Below are positions 29,130 to 38,504 of a stretch of DNA of 64,000 nt, one piece after another. A program made the position numbers and the translations under genes. This DNA is from an uncultured Candidatus Binatia bacterium (GTDB lineage: Bacteria; Desulfobacterota; Binatia; UBA9968; JAJDTQ01). The stretch spans positions 2,016,001 to 2,080,000 of the forward strand of contig OZ243916.1 of NCBI GenBank assembly GCA_965213675.1, in the 5' to 3' direction. Position 1 is the stretch's first letter, and the number at the start of each line of letters is the position of its first letter. Below the pieces are notes generated by a model. That model made no database searches and had not been told where the DNA came from. It worked only from the letters and a program-made list of their open reading frames with translations.

Positions 29130-29846
29130 ATGAACATTCGAGAATCCGTCATTGTCGCCCTGCGCGATGCCGCCGACCCGGTCAGGGCACCGCAGCAGCA
29201 GGCATACATGAAGTCGGACATGCCCTACCTGGGGGTGGGCGTGCCGCAATGCCGTCGCATCGCAGGCGCCCTGTTCGCCAAGCACCCGCTGCCGGACGCC
29301 GACGCCTGGGAGGCGGCCATTCTCGACCTCTGGCGCCGGGCCGCCCACCGCGAGGAACGCTACGCGGCGATCGAGCTGCTGCTCTTCCGGCGCTATTCGA
29401 GCTGGCTCGAGCCGGCGCGCCTTCCCATGATCGAGGAGATGGTGGTCACCGGCGCCTGGTGGGATTACGTGGACGCGATTGCCGGCCGCGGGGTGGGGGC
29501 CATGCTCGCCGCACATCCCCGCCCGATGAAGGCCATCCTCCGGGAGTGGGCGAGGGACGGCGACATCTGGAAGCGGCGAACCGCCATTCTCGCCCAACTC
29601 CACGCGAAGCAAGGGACGGACCCGAACCTGCTCGCCGACGCGATCCGGCCGTCCATCGGCGACCCGGAGTTCTTTCTTCGCAAGGGTATCGGCTGGGCGC
29701 TCCGCGAGTACTCCAAGACCGATCCGGGATGGGTGACGGCGTTCGTGGACGCGCATCCCGGGCTCTCCACGCTGAGCCGGCGCGAAGCGCTCAAGCACCT
29801 GGATCGTCAACGCCAACGGAGGTCCGCGGCAGGGCCTTCGGACTGA
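29130..29846 (+). CDS. AlkD-like DNA alkylation repair (HEAT-like repeat) protein
   Basis: QAYMKS.MPYLGV, REERY, WWDYVD, EFFLRKGIGWALREYSK. Confidence 0.88.
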   Translation: MNIRESVIVALRDAADPVRAPQQQAYMKSDMPYLGVGVPQCRRIAGALFAKHPLPDADAWEAAILDLWRRAAHREERYAAIELLLFRRYSSWLEPARLPMIEEMVVTGAWWDYVDAIAGRGVGAMLAAHPRPMKAILREWARDGDIWKRRTAILAQLHAKQGTDPNLLADAIRPSIGDPEFFLRKGIGWALREYSKTDPGWVTAFVDAHPGLSTLSRREALKHLDRQRQRRSAAGPSD

Positions 29847-29921
29847 AGCCGCCCCCCACGCGGTGTTCCACGGCGTTCCGCATCGTTCCCGGCGGAGGGA
29901 GCGATGTCGCGCCATACTTGC

Positions 29922-32900
29922 TCATCCGCCATCCGGCTGCCGGTACGCGATCTCGAACGAGGCATCGCTCATCCACCGCTTGAAGCCCTGGTTGTCCATG
30001 AATTGCTTGTAGAGCTGGGTGTCGTCCTTCATCAGGGAGGTCATGACGCGCTTCAGGGCCTTGTCGTGCTCGATGCGGGCGTTTTGCTTGTCCGAGTTCT
30101 GCTGGGCGTTCCTGAAGGCGGTGTCCGCGGCCACCCGGGCGGGGATCGTCTCCGTGATGAGCTGGTGCACGCGGTCGGCGTCTTCCCAGACAATGTTGCC
30201 GAACAGATCGTTGAACATCCGGACGATGTTGGAGAGCTGGTCCATCTCGGGCTCGGGAACATGGCCGCCACCCGTGGTGGGTACCGGGTCGATCTCGGCG
30301 TCCTGGTCGGGCAGCAGTATCTTCTGCATCGCCTGTTTCTCGGCCCGGTAGCTGTCCAGGTCGATGGCCTCGAGGATGCCCTTCGAGAGGTCGTCCTCCT
30401 CGGGGGCCGGCAACTTGGGAATCAGGAAATTCAGAAAGATCGAACGCTTCTCCCACTCGGCGTTGGTGTAGGGAAGGACGCAGGAGAGAAAGCTGTAAGT
30501 GCGGACGAAGCCCTTGGCCTTGCCCTTGAAATCCACCTGACCATCTTCCTCGAGTTCGTGCTTGTACACCGCCACGCACGCGTCGAGTATCGGATCCAAC
30601 TGGTCGCGGTCGGCCCCGCCCAGGTAACGCTTCACGAAGTCATCGACCTGATCCTCGGAGTACACATGGGCAGCATCCAGAGCCGCCTGCAGGTCGTGCA
30701 GTTTGTTGGGATCGGTCTCGTCAGCCAGGATCGTCGCCCGATAGAAGTCCGCGAACCCGTCGCGGATGGTGTCGACGTCGTTCAGGAAATCCAGCACGAA
30801 GACATCGTGCTTCTTGGGGTGCGCCCGGTTGAGTCGGGACAGGGTCTGCACCGCCTTGATGCCGGAGAGCGTCTTGTCCACGTACATGGTGTGCAGCAGC
30901 GGTTCGTCATATCCGGTCTGAAACTTGTCGGCGCAGACCAGGAAGCGGTAGGAGTCCTCCCGGAACCGCTCGGCGATCCGGCCGGAGGGGAAGCCGTTCA
31001 ACGACGCCTCACTCACCTTCGTATCGTCCAACTCGTGCTCGCCGGAGAAGGCGACCAAGGCCTGGTGCCGGCTCTTGCGCTCCTGCAGATAGTCGCGGAT
31101 GGCGTGGAAGTACTGGATTGCGCGCTCAATGCCGTTGGTGACCACCATGGCCCGGGCTTGTCCGCCGACCTTGTCTTGGGCCAGGACCTGTTCGTGGAAG
31201 TGGTCGACCATGATCTCGGCCTTGAGACGGATCGCGTGGTCGCTGCCCTCCACGAAACGCCGGAGCTTCTTCTGCGCCTTCCGTGTATCGAACTGCGGGT
31301 CGTCCTCTACAGTCGTGGCCAGCTTGTAGTAGCTGTCCACTGGCGTGTAGTGCGCGAGCACGTCCAGGATGAAGCCCTCCTGGATGGCCTGCTTCATGGT
31401 GTAGGTGTGAAAGGCATGGTGCTGGACCGTGCCGTCGGCCTGGGGATCGGGGTTGCCGAAGATTTCCAGGGTCTTGTTCTTGGGCGTGGCCGTAAAGGCG
31501 AAGTAGCTGGCGTTGGGGAGCAGCTTGTGCGACTCCATGAGGCGGTTGATCTGATCCTCATAGGTCTCTTCCTCGGCTGCCTCACCGGCCTGGGAGAGCG
31601 CCTGCGCCATGGCTGCGCTGGTGCGGCCGCCCTGGCTGGAGTGGGCCTCGTCGATGATGATGGCGAAGCGCCGCCCGCGTTGTTCGTTGCCGATCTCACC
31701 GAGGATGAAGGGGAACTTCTGTACGGTCGAGATGATGATCTTCTTGCCAGCCTCGATGAACCGGCGCAGGTCGCCCGAACGCTCGGCATGCCCGAGTGTC
31801 GCGCCGATCTGGGCGTACTGTCTAATGGTGTCACGAATCTGCTTGTCGAGAATCCGCCGGTCGGTGACCACGATGATCGAGTCGAAGACCGGCGCGTCAT
31901 CCCTTACCAGTCCGATCAATTGATGGGCCAGCCAGGCAATGGAGTTGCTCTTGCCGCTGCCCGCCGAGTGCTGGATTAGATAACGTTGGCCCGGTCCGCG
32001 CGTCCCGGCGTCTTCCAGCAGTTGGCGTACGACGTCGAGCTGGTGGTAGCGCGGCCAGACTTGGGTTTTCTTCCTCTTGCCGCTCTTCTCGTCCCTTGAC
32101 TCCACCACCTGGGCATAATTCTCCAGGATGTTGGTCAGGCTCTCGCGGGCCAGTACGACGCGCCACAAATAGTCGGTCTTGAGCCCATTCGCGTTGGGCG
32201 GGTTGCCCGCGCCGTCGTTCCAACCCCGGTCGAAGGGCAGGAACCACGAGGACTTGCCCTGGAGGTGGGTGCAGAAGCGTACCTCGTTCTCGTCCACGGC
32301 AAAGTGGGCCACGCAGCGGCCGAACTCGAACAGCTTCTCGCGTGGGTCGCGGTCCTTCTTGTACTGCCACACCGCGTCGTCCACGGTCTGCTTGGTCAGG
32401 CTGTTCTTGAGCTCGAAGGTGAAGACCGGCAGGCCGTTGACGAACAGCCCGATGTCCAGCGCCCGCTGAGTTTCATCGCGGCTGTAATGCAACTGGCGAG
32501 TGACGGTAAAACGATTCTGGCTAAAGCGTTGCTGCGCTTTTTCGTTCCCTGGCGACGGTGTTCCGTAAAATAGTTCCAGGTCATGCACCTGATGCTTGAT
32601 GCCACGGCGCAGCACGTCGATGGTGCCACGCTTGGATATCTCACCCTGGAGTCGGGCCAGGAACTTGCGCCGTGTCGGGCCGTCTTCGGATAGTCCCAGC
32701 GACGCCGCGGCTTTGGGTTGGGTAGCATGCAGAAAGGCGGAGAGTTGAACAAGATCGACGCAGTGCTCGCGGTCGAAGTCGCGAAAGTTGCCGCCGCTCC
32801 AGCCCACGCCGTCGTAGTCCGCTAGCGGTTCGGCCACCGTGCCCGCCGCGGGCGGCTCGCAGGGATGGCCGGTCAGCGCGGTGCAGATGAGGCGTTCGAG

Positions 32901-32927
32901 GCCACGTTCGGAGGTGTCGGTGGTCAT
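29922..32927 (-). CDS. hsdR: Type I restriction enzyme R subunit
   Basis: D..LFVNGLP...ELK nuclease motif, QHSAGSGKS, IIDEAHS, FTATP, QTGYD.P, QTLSRLNR. Confidence 0.95.
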   Translation of the reverse strand: MTTDTSERGLERLICTALTGHPCEPPAAGTVAEPLADYDGVGWSGGNFRDFDREHCVDLVQLSAFLHATQPKAAASLGLSEDGPTRRKFLARLQGEISKRGTIDVLRRGIKHQVHDLELFYGTPSPGNEKAQQRFSQNRFTVTRQLHYSRDETQRALDIGLFVNGLPVFTFELKNSLTKQTVDDAVWQYKKDRDPREKLFEFGRCVAHFAVDENEVRFCTHLQGKSSWFLPFDRGWNDGAGNPPNANGLKTDYLWRVVLARESLTNILENYAQVVESRDEKSGKRKKTQVWPRYHQLDVVRQLLEDAGTRGPGQRYLIQHSAGSGKSNSIAWLAHQLIGLVRDDAPVFDSIIVVTDRRILDKQIRDTIRQYAQIGATLGHAERSGDLRRFIEAGKKIIISTVQKFPFILGEIGNEQRGRRFAIIIDEAHSSQGGRTSAAMAQALSQAGEAAEEETYEDQINRLMESHKLLPNASYFAFTATPKNKTLEIFGNPDPQADGTVQHHAFHTYTMKQAIQEGFILDVLAHYTPVDSYYKLATTVEDDPQFDTRKAQKKLRRFVEGSDHAIRLKAEIMVDHFHEQVLAQDKVGGQARAMVVTNGIERAIQYFHAIRDYLQERKSRHQALVAFSGEHELDDTKVSEASLNGFPSGRIAERFREDSYRFLVCADKFQTGYDEPLLHTMYVDKTLSGIKAVQTLSRLNRAHPKKHDVFVLDFLNDVDTIRDGFADFYRATILADETDPNKLHDLQAALDAAHVYSEDQVDDFVKRYLGGADRDQLDPILDACVAVYKHELEEDGQVDFKGKAKGFVRTYSFLSCVLPYTNAEWEKRSIFLNFLIPKLPAPEEDDLSKGILEAIDLDSYRAEKQAMQKILLPDQDAEIDPVPTTGGGHVPEPEMDQLSNIVRMFNDLFGNIVWEDADRVHQLITETIPARVAADTAFRNAQQNSDKQNARIEHDKALKRVMTSLMKDDTQLYKQFMDNQGFKRWMSDASFEIAYRQPDGG

Positions 32928-33358
32928 CAGGCTGGAGATTCTTCCAAAAACGGGTTTATGACCCGGAGACCGTCGTAGTCCTGCTGTGGGCTCAGGTCCT
33001 CGGAATAGACCGCGTCGCAGCCCAGGATGCGCGCCGCCGCGAGAATCGCCCCGTCCCAGTATGAAAGCCCGAAGCGCCGGCTGACAACAACGCCCGTGCG
33101 AAACACCTCGAAGGTGACATCCTGCACCGGAAAGTGGCTGACGCTCTCAATGAATCGCAGCGCATGGTCCTGGCTGATCGCTCCCCGGCGGCTGGCGCGG
33201 GTTGCCTGGTGATAGAACTCTTGCAGCACCTGCACCGACAGCGCCAGGTCTCCCGCTTCCAGCAGCCGCTGCGCCGCGTTCTGCTTGTCCGCTTCGTCAG
33301 GAGCGGGACTGGCCGCGTATATCAGCACGTTCGTATCGACAAAGCGCACGGCGCTCAC
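32927..33358 (-). CDS. vapC: PIN-domain toxin
   Basis: FVDTNVLIYA, QVLQEF, LSYWDG.I, YSEDL, INPF. Confidence 0.9.
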   Translation of the reverse strand: MSAVRFVDTNVLIYAASPAPDEADKQNAAQRLLEAGDLALSVQVLQEFYHQATRASRRGAISQDHALRFIESVSHFPVQDVTFEVFRTGVVVSRRFGLSYWDGAILAAARILGCDAVYSEDLSPQQDYDGLRVINPFLEESPA

Positions 33359-33696
33359 CCACGCTTGAGGTCTTCGTCTTCGGGGCTGGCCGCCGCCTGC
33401 GCTTCAGCCCTGGACCCGGCCCGGTCGTACAGCTCTTCGCGGGGCAGGTTATCGGCGGCACTGAATCCGCTCGAAGCGGCGCGTATATCCGCAATCACCT
33501 CACGCAATCCCCGGCGGCGGCGTTCGGCCCCTGTTTCCCCATCTCGCAATCCGGGCGCAGGGTCGCCCCCCGTGTCGCCAACCAGGCTTCTCAGGTAGTC
33601 CCGCACCAGGGCCGAAACCGAGGTCTCCAACTCTGCCGCCCGGATACGGGCGAGCCGATGGGTTTCTTCGTCAACGGATACCGTGATGTTTTTCAT
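33355..33696 (-). CDS. RHH/CopG-like antitoxin
   Basis: MKNITVSVDEE...ARIRAA...SVSALVRDYL; C-terminal REELYDR; overlaps the PIN gene. Confidence 0.85.
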   Translation of the reverse strand: MKNITVSVDEETHRLARIRAAELETSVSALVRDYLRSLVGDTGGDPAPGLRDGETGAERRRRGLREVIADIRAASSGFSAADNLPREELYDRAGSRAEAQAAASPEDEDLKRG

Positions 33697-33705
33697 TTAC
33701 ACAGC

Positions 33706-33722
33706 CTCACAGTTTCTGTGAG
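33706..33722. promoter_or_regulatory. Probable antitoxin operator
   Basis: CTCACAG-TTT-CTGTGAG inverted repeat 9 bp upstream of the antitoxin ATG. Confidence 0.6.
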
Positions 33723-33744
33723 ACACTGCATAGACTCTCATCGA

Positions 33745-35184
33745 CTAATGGGCAACGTCTACGGCGTCGCGTGGGACCGGTCCGGTCGGGGCGTCGGTAT
33801 CGAGGGTGTCGTCCAGGGCATCTTCGGCACCGAGGGGATCGACTTCGGGCAGCGCAGCCGCCGCCTCGCGCACGTCGAGCTTGCCGGTGACGACATCGGC
33901 GATCAGACGGGTGCGGTATTCGTGGAGGAGGTCAATTTGGTGACGAGCGCGAGAACCCGCATGGTCAGCCTGCTTCAAACTAACATCAAGAAAACTCACT
34001 AACGACTCCTGCTCCGTTACAGGAGGGAATGGAAAGCGATGTGCTCTCAACTTTTCACCTGTCAAGTGGGCGATAGTGCTGAGATGCCCATCATTGAAAG
34101 CGTTGCCTCTCACCGCAGCACGAAGGGCATAATGCATGAAGCGCGGCGTATCCTGACCGGCATGCCGCGGGCGGAGGCGGTGCAGTGCCTTCTGAAATCC
34201 GCACTTGGGAAGTTCACCCGACCACAGCGCGCAGCGGCCTACTTCTCCTCCTTCGCATACCAGCAAGTCGCCATGTTGGATGGTGTAACGCTCATATTCG
34301 TCGGGGGGAATGTCCATCGTCGGAAGGTTTTCGATGTTGATCTGATCCCACTGAACGTCAACATTCCGCAGATACGGGAGCGAGTGGTCGCCTGTGATTC
34401 GTTTAGAGTCGAGCATCTTACCAAGACACTGCGAATATCTATGGTGCAGAGCGGCGACCTCCCAATGCGCCGGCACCTCCCCCAGCCACTCGACGCCGGA
34501 GGGCTTGTATGCCGGGTAGGGCTGGCCGGTGCGGACATCGATCTGGCCGGTGACGGCCTGGTGGATGATGGCCTGCTTCTGCTCCTCCAGCAGCGCAATC
34601 AGCTTCTGCTTGGCGCGGATGTAGCGCCGGATGCGCCGGTCGGCGTGGTCGAGGAAGCGGACGATGGCAGTTTGTTCGGGGAGGGGGGGAAGGGGAAACG
34701 GTGCTCCGAGAAATGCTTCATCGGTCAACTGGAGTCTTGAAACCCAAATTCCCTTTGAGCGTACTTGTAACTCCCATTGAAAAGGGACGGACCGTACCAG
34801 ATTGTGTACGAACTGAGAGTGCGTCTTGCAGTCTGGCGACAGGCGATAAACGCCGTAAGCGGAACTTACGATACCGTGATATTGGGATACTCCCAATCCT
34901 CGTGCCCACGCCCATAGGCTGTTGATTACCAAGTCATCAGGCCAGCAGAGTTTGTACCCCACATACGATTCTGCTTTGAACATCGTCACATTGGCAGAGG
35001 CTCTCGGGACAACGCCTCGCTCCGATGAAACGGTTAGTAATTCCTCTTCTCCCGTCGTGGAACGGACGTCAATGGGCCGAAACAACATTTTGCCCCGCCG
35101 TACCTCCCAATGCGCCGGCACCTCCCCCAGCCATGAAACGCCGGAATCCTGATAGGCAGGATAAGGTTTGAGGTTGTGGATCAT
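33745..35184 (-). CDS. hsdS: Type I restriction-modification specificity subunit
   Basis: Two repeats of YPAY..SGV.WLGEVPAHWEV, PP..EQ, VTG..DVR; lower-GC TRD segments. Confidence 0.93.
   Translation of the reverse strand: MIHNLKPYPAYQDSGVSWLGEVPAHWEVRRGKMLFRPIDVRSTTGEEELLTVSSERGVVPRASANVTMFKAESYVGYKLCWPDDLVINSLWAWARGLGVSQYHGIVSSAYGVYRLSPDCKTHSQFVHNLVRSVPFQWELQVRSKGIWVSRLQLTDEAFLGAPFPLPPLPEQTAIVRFLDHADRRIRRYIRAKQKLIALLEEQKQAIIHQAVTGQIDVRTGQPYPAYKPSGVEWLGEVPAHWEVAALHHRYSQCLGKMLDSKRITGDHSLPYLRNVDVQWDQINIENLPTMDIPPDEYERYTIQHGDLLVCEGGEVGRCALWSGELPKCGFQKALHRLRPRHAGQDTPRFMHYALRAAVRGNAFNDGHLSTIAHLTGEKLRAHRFPFPPVTEQESLVSFLDVSLKQADHAGSRARHQIDLLHEYRTRLIADVVTGKLDVREAAAALPEVDPLGAEDALDDTLDTDAPTGPVPRDAVDVAH
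34457..35133. repeat. Identical 32-bp direct repeats preceding each hsdS TRD
   Basis: ACCTCCCAATGCGCCGGCACCTCCCCCAGCCA at 34457-34488 and 35102-35133. Confidence 0.9.
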
Positions 35185-37172
35185 GACCCCCTACTATCCC
35201 CCATGATGTCGCCGAGCAGCCCCTCGGTCTCCTTTTCCAGCGCCAGAATATCCGCCCGAATCTCCTCCAACGAACGCAGTGGCTGCGGCTTGTAGAAGTA
35301 GCGTGTAAAGCTGATCTCGTAACCGACCTTCACATTTTCTGCCTGATACCAGGCGTCCGGAGCGTAAGGCAGAACCTCGCGTTCAAGAAAAACCTCGATG
35401 CCACCCGCCTCCTGCAATGGAATCTGCTCAGTGTCGCGCAGGTCGGTGTCCGGCTCGTATTCCACCACGGCGGACCGGCCGTCAACGGTGGCTGCGAACA
35501 GCCCGCGTAACGGGTCGGCCTCGGTTCCCCGCTCGTGAATCTTCCTGATGACGGGCGGGGCGTCCTCGCTGCGCTCGCCGTCTTCTTTGAGCTTCTTGAT
35601 CTCGGCGGCCTTGTACGCGCGGTTGGGATCGATGCCTTGGATGCGTAGCGGCCGCTCGACCGTGACCTTCCAATAGCCGAAGGCGGCATTGTCGAGAATC
35701 TTGCTCTGGTCGCTCTCCTTGAAATCGAGGAAGGTGTCACAGATGCGAATGATGTCCTCCTCGCCCAGCTCACAGTTCTTCTTGCCCAGGTTCTTGCGCA
35801 GGGGCCGGTACCATGTGGTGGCGTCGATCAACTGTACCTTGCCTCGGCGGTGCGCGGGCTTGCGGTTGGTCAGCACCCAGACGTAGGTGGCGATGCCGGT
35901 GTTGTAGAACATGTTGAGAGGCAGGGCGACGATGGCCTCCAGCCAATCGTTCTCGATGATCCAGCGGCGGATGTTGCTCTCGCCTTGTCCGGCGTCGCCG
36001 GTGAAGAGCGAGCTGCCGTTGTGCACCTCGGCGATGCGGCTGCCGAGCGGGGTGTCCTGCTTCATCTTGGAGAGCTTGTTGGCCAGGAACAGCATCTGGC
36101 CGTCGCTGGAGCGGGTGACCAGGGAATACTCGGGATCGCCGGCATGTTCGATCACGAAGCGCGGGTCGCGCATGTCGCTCTTGCCGCCCATGCGCTCCAG
36201 GTCGGTCTTCCAGCTCTTGCCGTAGGGCGGGTTGGACAGCATGAAGTCGAACTCCCGCGAGGGGAACGCGTCGTTGGCCAGGGTCGAGTGCTCCGGGCCG
36301 CCCACGATGTTGTCGGCGGCTTCTCCCTCGCCCTTGAGCAGGAGGTCGGCCTTGCAGATGGCGTAGGTCTCGGCGTTGATCTCCTGGCCGTAGAGATGGG
36401 TGGACACCTCCTTGTCGTATTCGGTGGCGAGCTGTTGCAGGGTGTCCTCGGCCACGGTCAACATGCCGCCGGTGCCGCAGGCGCCGTCGTAGAGCAGATA
36501 GGTGCCGGATTTGATGGCGCCTGCAACGGGCAGGAACAGCAACTTGGCCATGAGCGTGACGGCGTCCCGTGGGGTCCAGTGTTCGCCGGCCTCTTCGTTG
36601 TTCTCTTCGTTGAAGCGGCGCACCAGTTCCTCGAAGATCGAGCCCATGCCGTGGTTGTCGAGGCCGGGGTGTTTGACCGAGCTATCGGTGTTGAGAACCG
36701 GAATCGGGCTCAGGTTGATGTCGGGCGAGGTGAGCTTCTCGATCAGCGTGCCCAGGGCATCGGCTTTGGACAGGCGCGGAATCTGGTTGCGGAACTCGAA
36801 GTTGTCGAGAATGTCCTGCACGTTGGGCGAGAACCCGTCCAGATACGCCTCGAAGTCGGCCGTCAATTGCTGGCGATTGGCACGGGCTCTGAGGTCCCGC
36901 AGGGTGAACTGCGAGGTGTTGTAGAACGCCTGTCCCGCGGCCTGTCGCAGGGCCTGATCCTGTTCAACAACCTCCGCAGCGTCGAGGGTCGCCTTCATGT
37001 CGAGGACGACCTGCTTGCTGTCTTCCAGTACCGCATCGAGCCGGCGCAGCACGGTCATGGGCAGGATCACGTCACGGTACTTGCCGCGCACGTACAGGTC
37101 GCGCAACACGTCGTCGGCAATACCCCAGATGTAGTTGGCAATCCAGTTGAGGGCGTTGCTCCCCATGCCCAT
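35181..37172 (-). CDS. hsdM: Type I restriction-modification N6-adenine methyltransferase
   Basis: AGEHWTPR, YDGACGTGG, GQE, NPPYG, FYNTGI.TY. Confidence 0.95.
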   Translation of the reverse strand: MGMGSNALNWIANYIWGIADDVLRDLYVRGKYRDVILPMTVLRRLDAVLEDSKQVVLDMKATLDAAEVVEQDQALRQAAGQAFYNTSQFTLRDLRARANRQQLTADFEAYLDGFSPNVQDILDNFEFRNQIPRLSKADALGTLIEKLTSPDINLSPIPVLNTDSSVKHPGLDNHGMGSIFEELVRRFNEENNEEAGEHWTPRDAVTLMAKLLFLPVAGAIKSGTYLLYDGACGTGGMLTVAEDTLQQLATEYDKEVSTHLYGQEINAETYAICKADLLLKGEGEAADNIVGGPEHSTLANDAFPSREFDFMLSNPPYGKSWKTDLERMGGKSDMRDPRFVIEHAGDPEYSLVTRSSDGQMLFLANKLSKMKQDTPLGSRIAEVHNGSSLFTGDAGQGESNIRRWIIENDWLEAIVALPLNMFYNTGIATYVWVLTNRKPAHRRGKVQLIDATTWYRPLRKNLGKKNCELGEEDIIRICDTFLDFKESDQSKILDNAAFGYWKVTVERPLRIQGIDPNRAYKAAEIKKLKEDGERSEDAPPVIRKIHERGTEADPLRGLFAATVDGRSAVVEYEPDTDLRDTEQIPLQEAGGIEVFLEREVLPYAPDAWYQAENVKVGYEISFTRYFYKPQPLRSLEEIRADILALEKETEGLLGDIMGDSRGS

Positions 37173-37247
37173 CCCTTCTGAGTGAGTTTACTGGAGACGC
37201 GTCAGTGTGAGTGAGTCAGGCCACCAGCTTCGCCCCTGAGAGACTGT

Positions 37248-37526
37248 TCACCCAGCCGCCATCTCTCGCTTCACGTCGGCAAACGCGGCCTCTTCGAGAT
37301 CGAGGCGGTCTCGAATAATCCGTTCGATCCAGACGTCCACGCTCTTCTCCCGGTGGAGGCGGGCGAAAAACGCGGCTCGCGTGGCTACCGGCGCAGACAA
37401 TGGGACGCTAGTGGGCTTGGCTTTCCGGGCTCGGACAGGTTTTCCCCAAGCCGCGTCGTCGTCGGCTTCGGCAACGACGGCGTCATCAACTTCTCTTTCG
37501 GTTAAGGGTTTTGTCTTTTTCTTCAT
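37248..37526 (-). CDS. Putative BrnA/CopG-like antitoxin
   Basis: Small ORF with ATGA overlap to brnT; family assignment is by position and size. Confidence 0.65.
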   Translation of the reverse strand: MKKKTKPLTEREVDDAVVAEADDDAAWGKPVRARKAKPTSVPLSAPVATRAAFFARLHREKSVDVWIERIIRDRLDLEEAAFADVKREMAAG

Positions 37527-37774
37527 AGGGGCCATCCTGTAATGATCCGGACGACATCACCCGGTTTCAGTTGAAAAATGACTTTCAAACGCCGGCCGCC
37601 AACCGTTCGTCCGAGGAGTTGGTAACGATCTCTGTACGACTTGTTGCGACGGATTTCAAAGTCCGAGAAGAAGCACTCGACCGCTTCCTCGAAAGTGATT
37701 CGGTGGGAAGCAAGTTCATCCCGCTCGAAGTCATACTCAAAGTCAACTGGTGTAAATCGCGCCCAATTCACCAT
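37523..37774 (-). CDS. brnT: BrnT-family ribonuclease toxin
   Basis: H.ITFEEA.E.F...RY..LGRT..GRRL.VIF...RIIT. Confidence 0.82.
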   Translation of the reverse strand: MVNWARFTPVDFEYDFERDELASHRITFEEAVECFFSDFEIRRNKSYRDRYQLLGRTVGGRRLKVIFQLKPGDVVRIITGWPL

Positions 37775-37806
37775 TTTTCGTTCTTCGAATACGTCCGAGC
37801 AAGCGG

Positions 37807-37899
37807 TGGCGGAGGGGGCGAGATTCGAACTCGCGGTCCGCTGTTTAGGCGGACGCCGATTTTCAAGACCGGTGCCTTAAACCACTCGGCCACCCCTCC
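37807..37899 (-). tRNA. tRNA-Ser (anticodon TGA)
   Basis: GGAGGGG acceptor stem, anticodon arm CCGGT-CTTGAAA-ATCGG, long variable arm, GTTCGAATC, G discriminator, encoded CCA. Confidence 0.96.
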
Positions 37900-37929
37900 G
37901 TATTCGGGAAGACCCGCGACGCCCCGGTG

Positions 37930-38409
37930 TCAGGGACGCTCCTTTGAATTTTGCCACTTGGTGAAGGGATTTGCCACAAGATTGGCGTTGTAGAAGCGGG
38001 GGTCGTAGGTGACTTCCTCGCCTACCCACGGGGGCTTAGTGAACGGGCGGTCTTCGCGGTCCAGCTCGACTTCGGCCACGACGAGGCCCTGGTTGTCGCC
38101 GAGGAACTCGTCGACTTCCCAGATGAGGCCGTCGTGTTCCAGGCGGCGGCGGACCTTTTCAATTAGCGGTGGCTCGCAGAGCCGCAACAGCTCGTCGGCT
38201 TCCTCAGGCGGGATTTCGTACTCGTACTCGGAACGGGTGGCGCCGCGGGTGAGCCCCTTGATGGTGAGGGCGGCCTTGTCGCCTTCGATGCGGACGCGCA
38301 CGGTGCGTTCCGGCTGGGTGCTTAGGTAACCCTGCCGGAGGACGACGCCTTCGGACGCGCGCCACCCGTCTCCGGTGACCAGGAACTTGCGCTCGATCTC
38401 CAGCGCCAT
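37930..38409 (-). CDS. CYTH domain (triphosphate tunnel) protein
   Basis: EIERKFLV, QGYL, VRVR, EYEY, WEVDEF, VAEVEL. Confidence 0.92.
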   Translation of the reverse strand: MALEIERKFLVTGDGWRASEGVVLRQGYLSTQPERTVRVRIEGDKAALTIKGLTRGATRSEYEYEIPPEEADELLRLCEPPLIEKVRRRLEHDGLIWEVDEFLGDNQGLVVAEVELDREDRPFTKPPWVGEEVTYDPRFYNANLVANPFTKWQNSKERP

Positions 38410-38504
38410 GGGTTTCTCGCTGCCGCGCCCCTTTGTGTCACACGGTCCCTGGTACGACAGGGGCGCTTCGCGCCATTCGTGCCGCCACCGCTGCCCGCCG
38501 CGGC

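Noticed and set aside
37179-37216. TGAGTGAGT direct repeat upstream of hsdM
   Set aside because: Only two 9-bp copies and no candidate regulator; could be chance.
37807-37899. Selenocysteine or opal-suppressor tRNA
   Set aside because: The anticodon is TGA (reads UCA, Ser), not TCA; the acceptor stem is a normal 7 bp.
25055-37899. Prophage or ICE
   Set aside because: No integrase, structural, replication or conjugation genes were seen.
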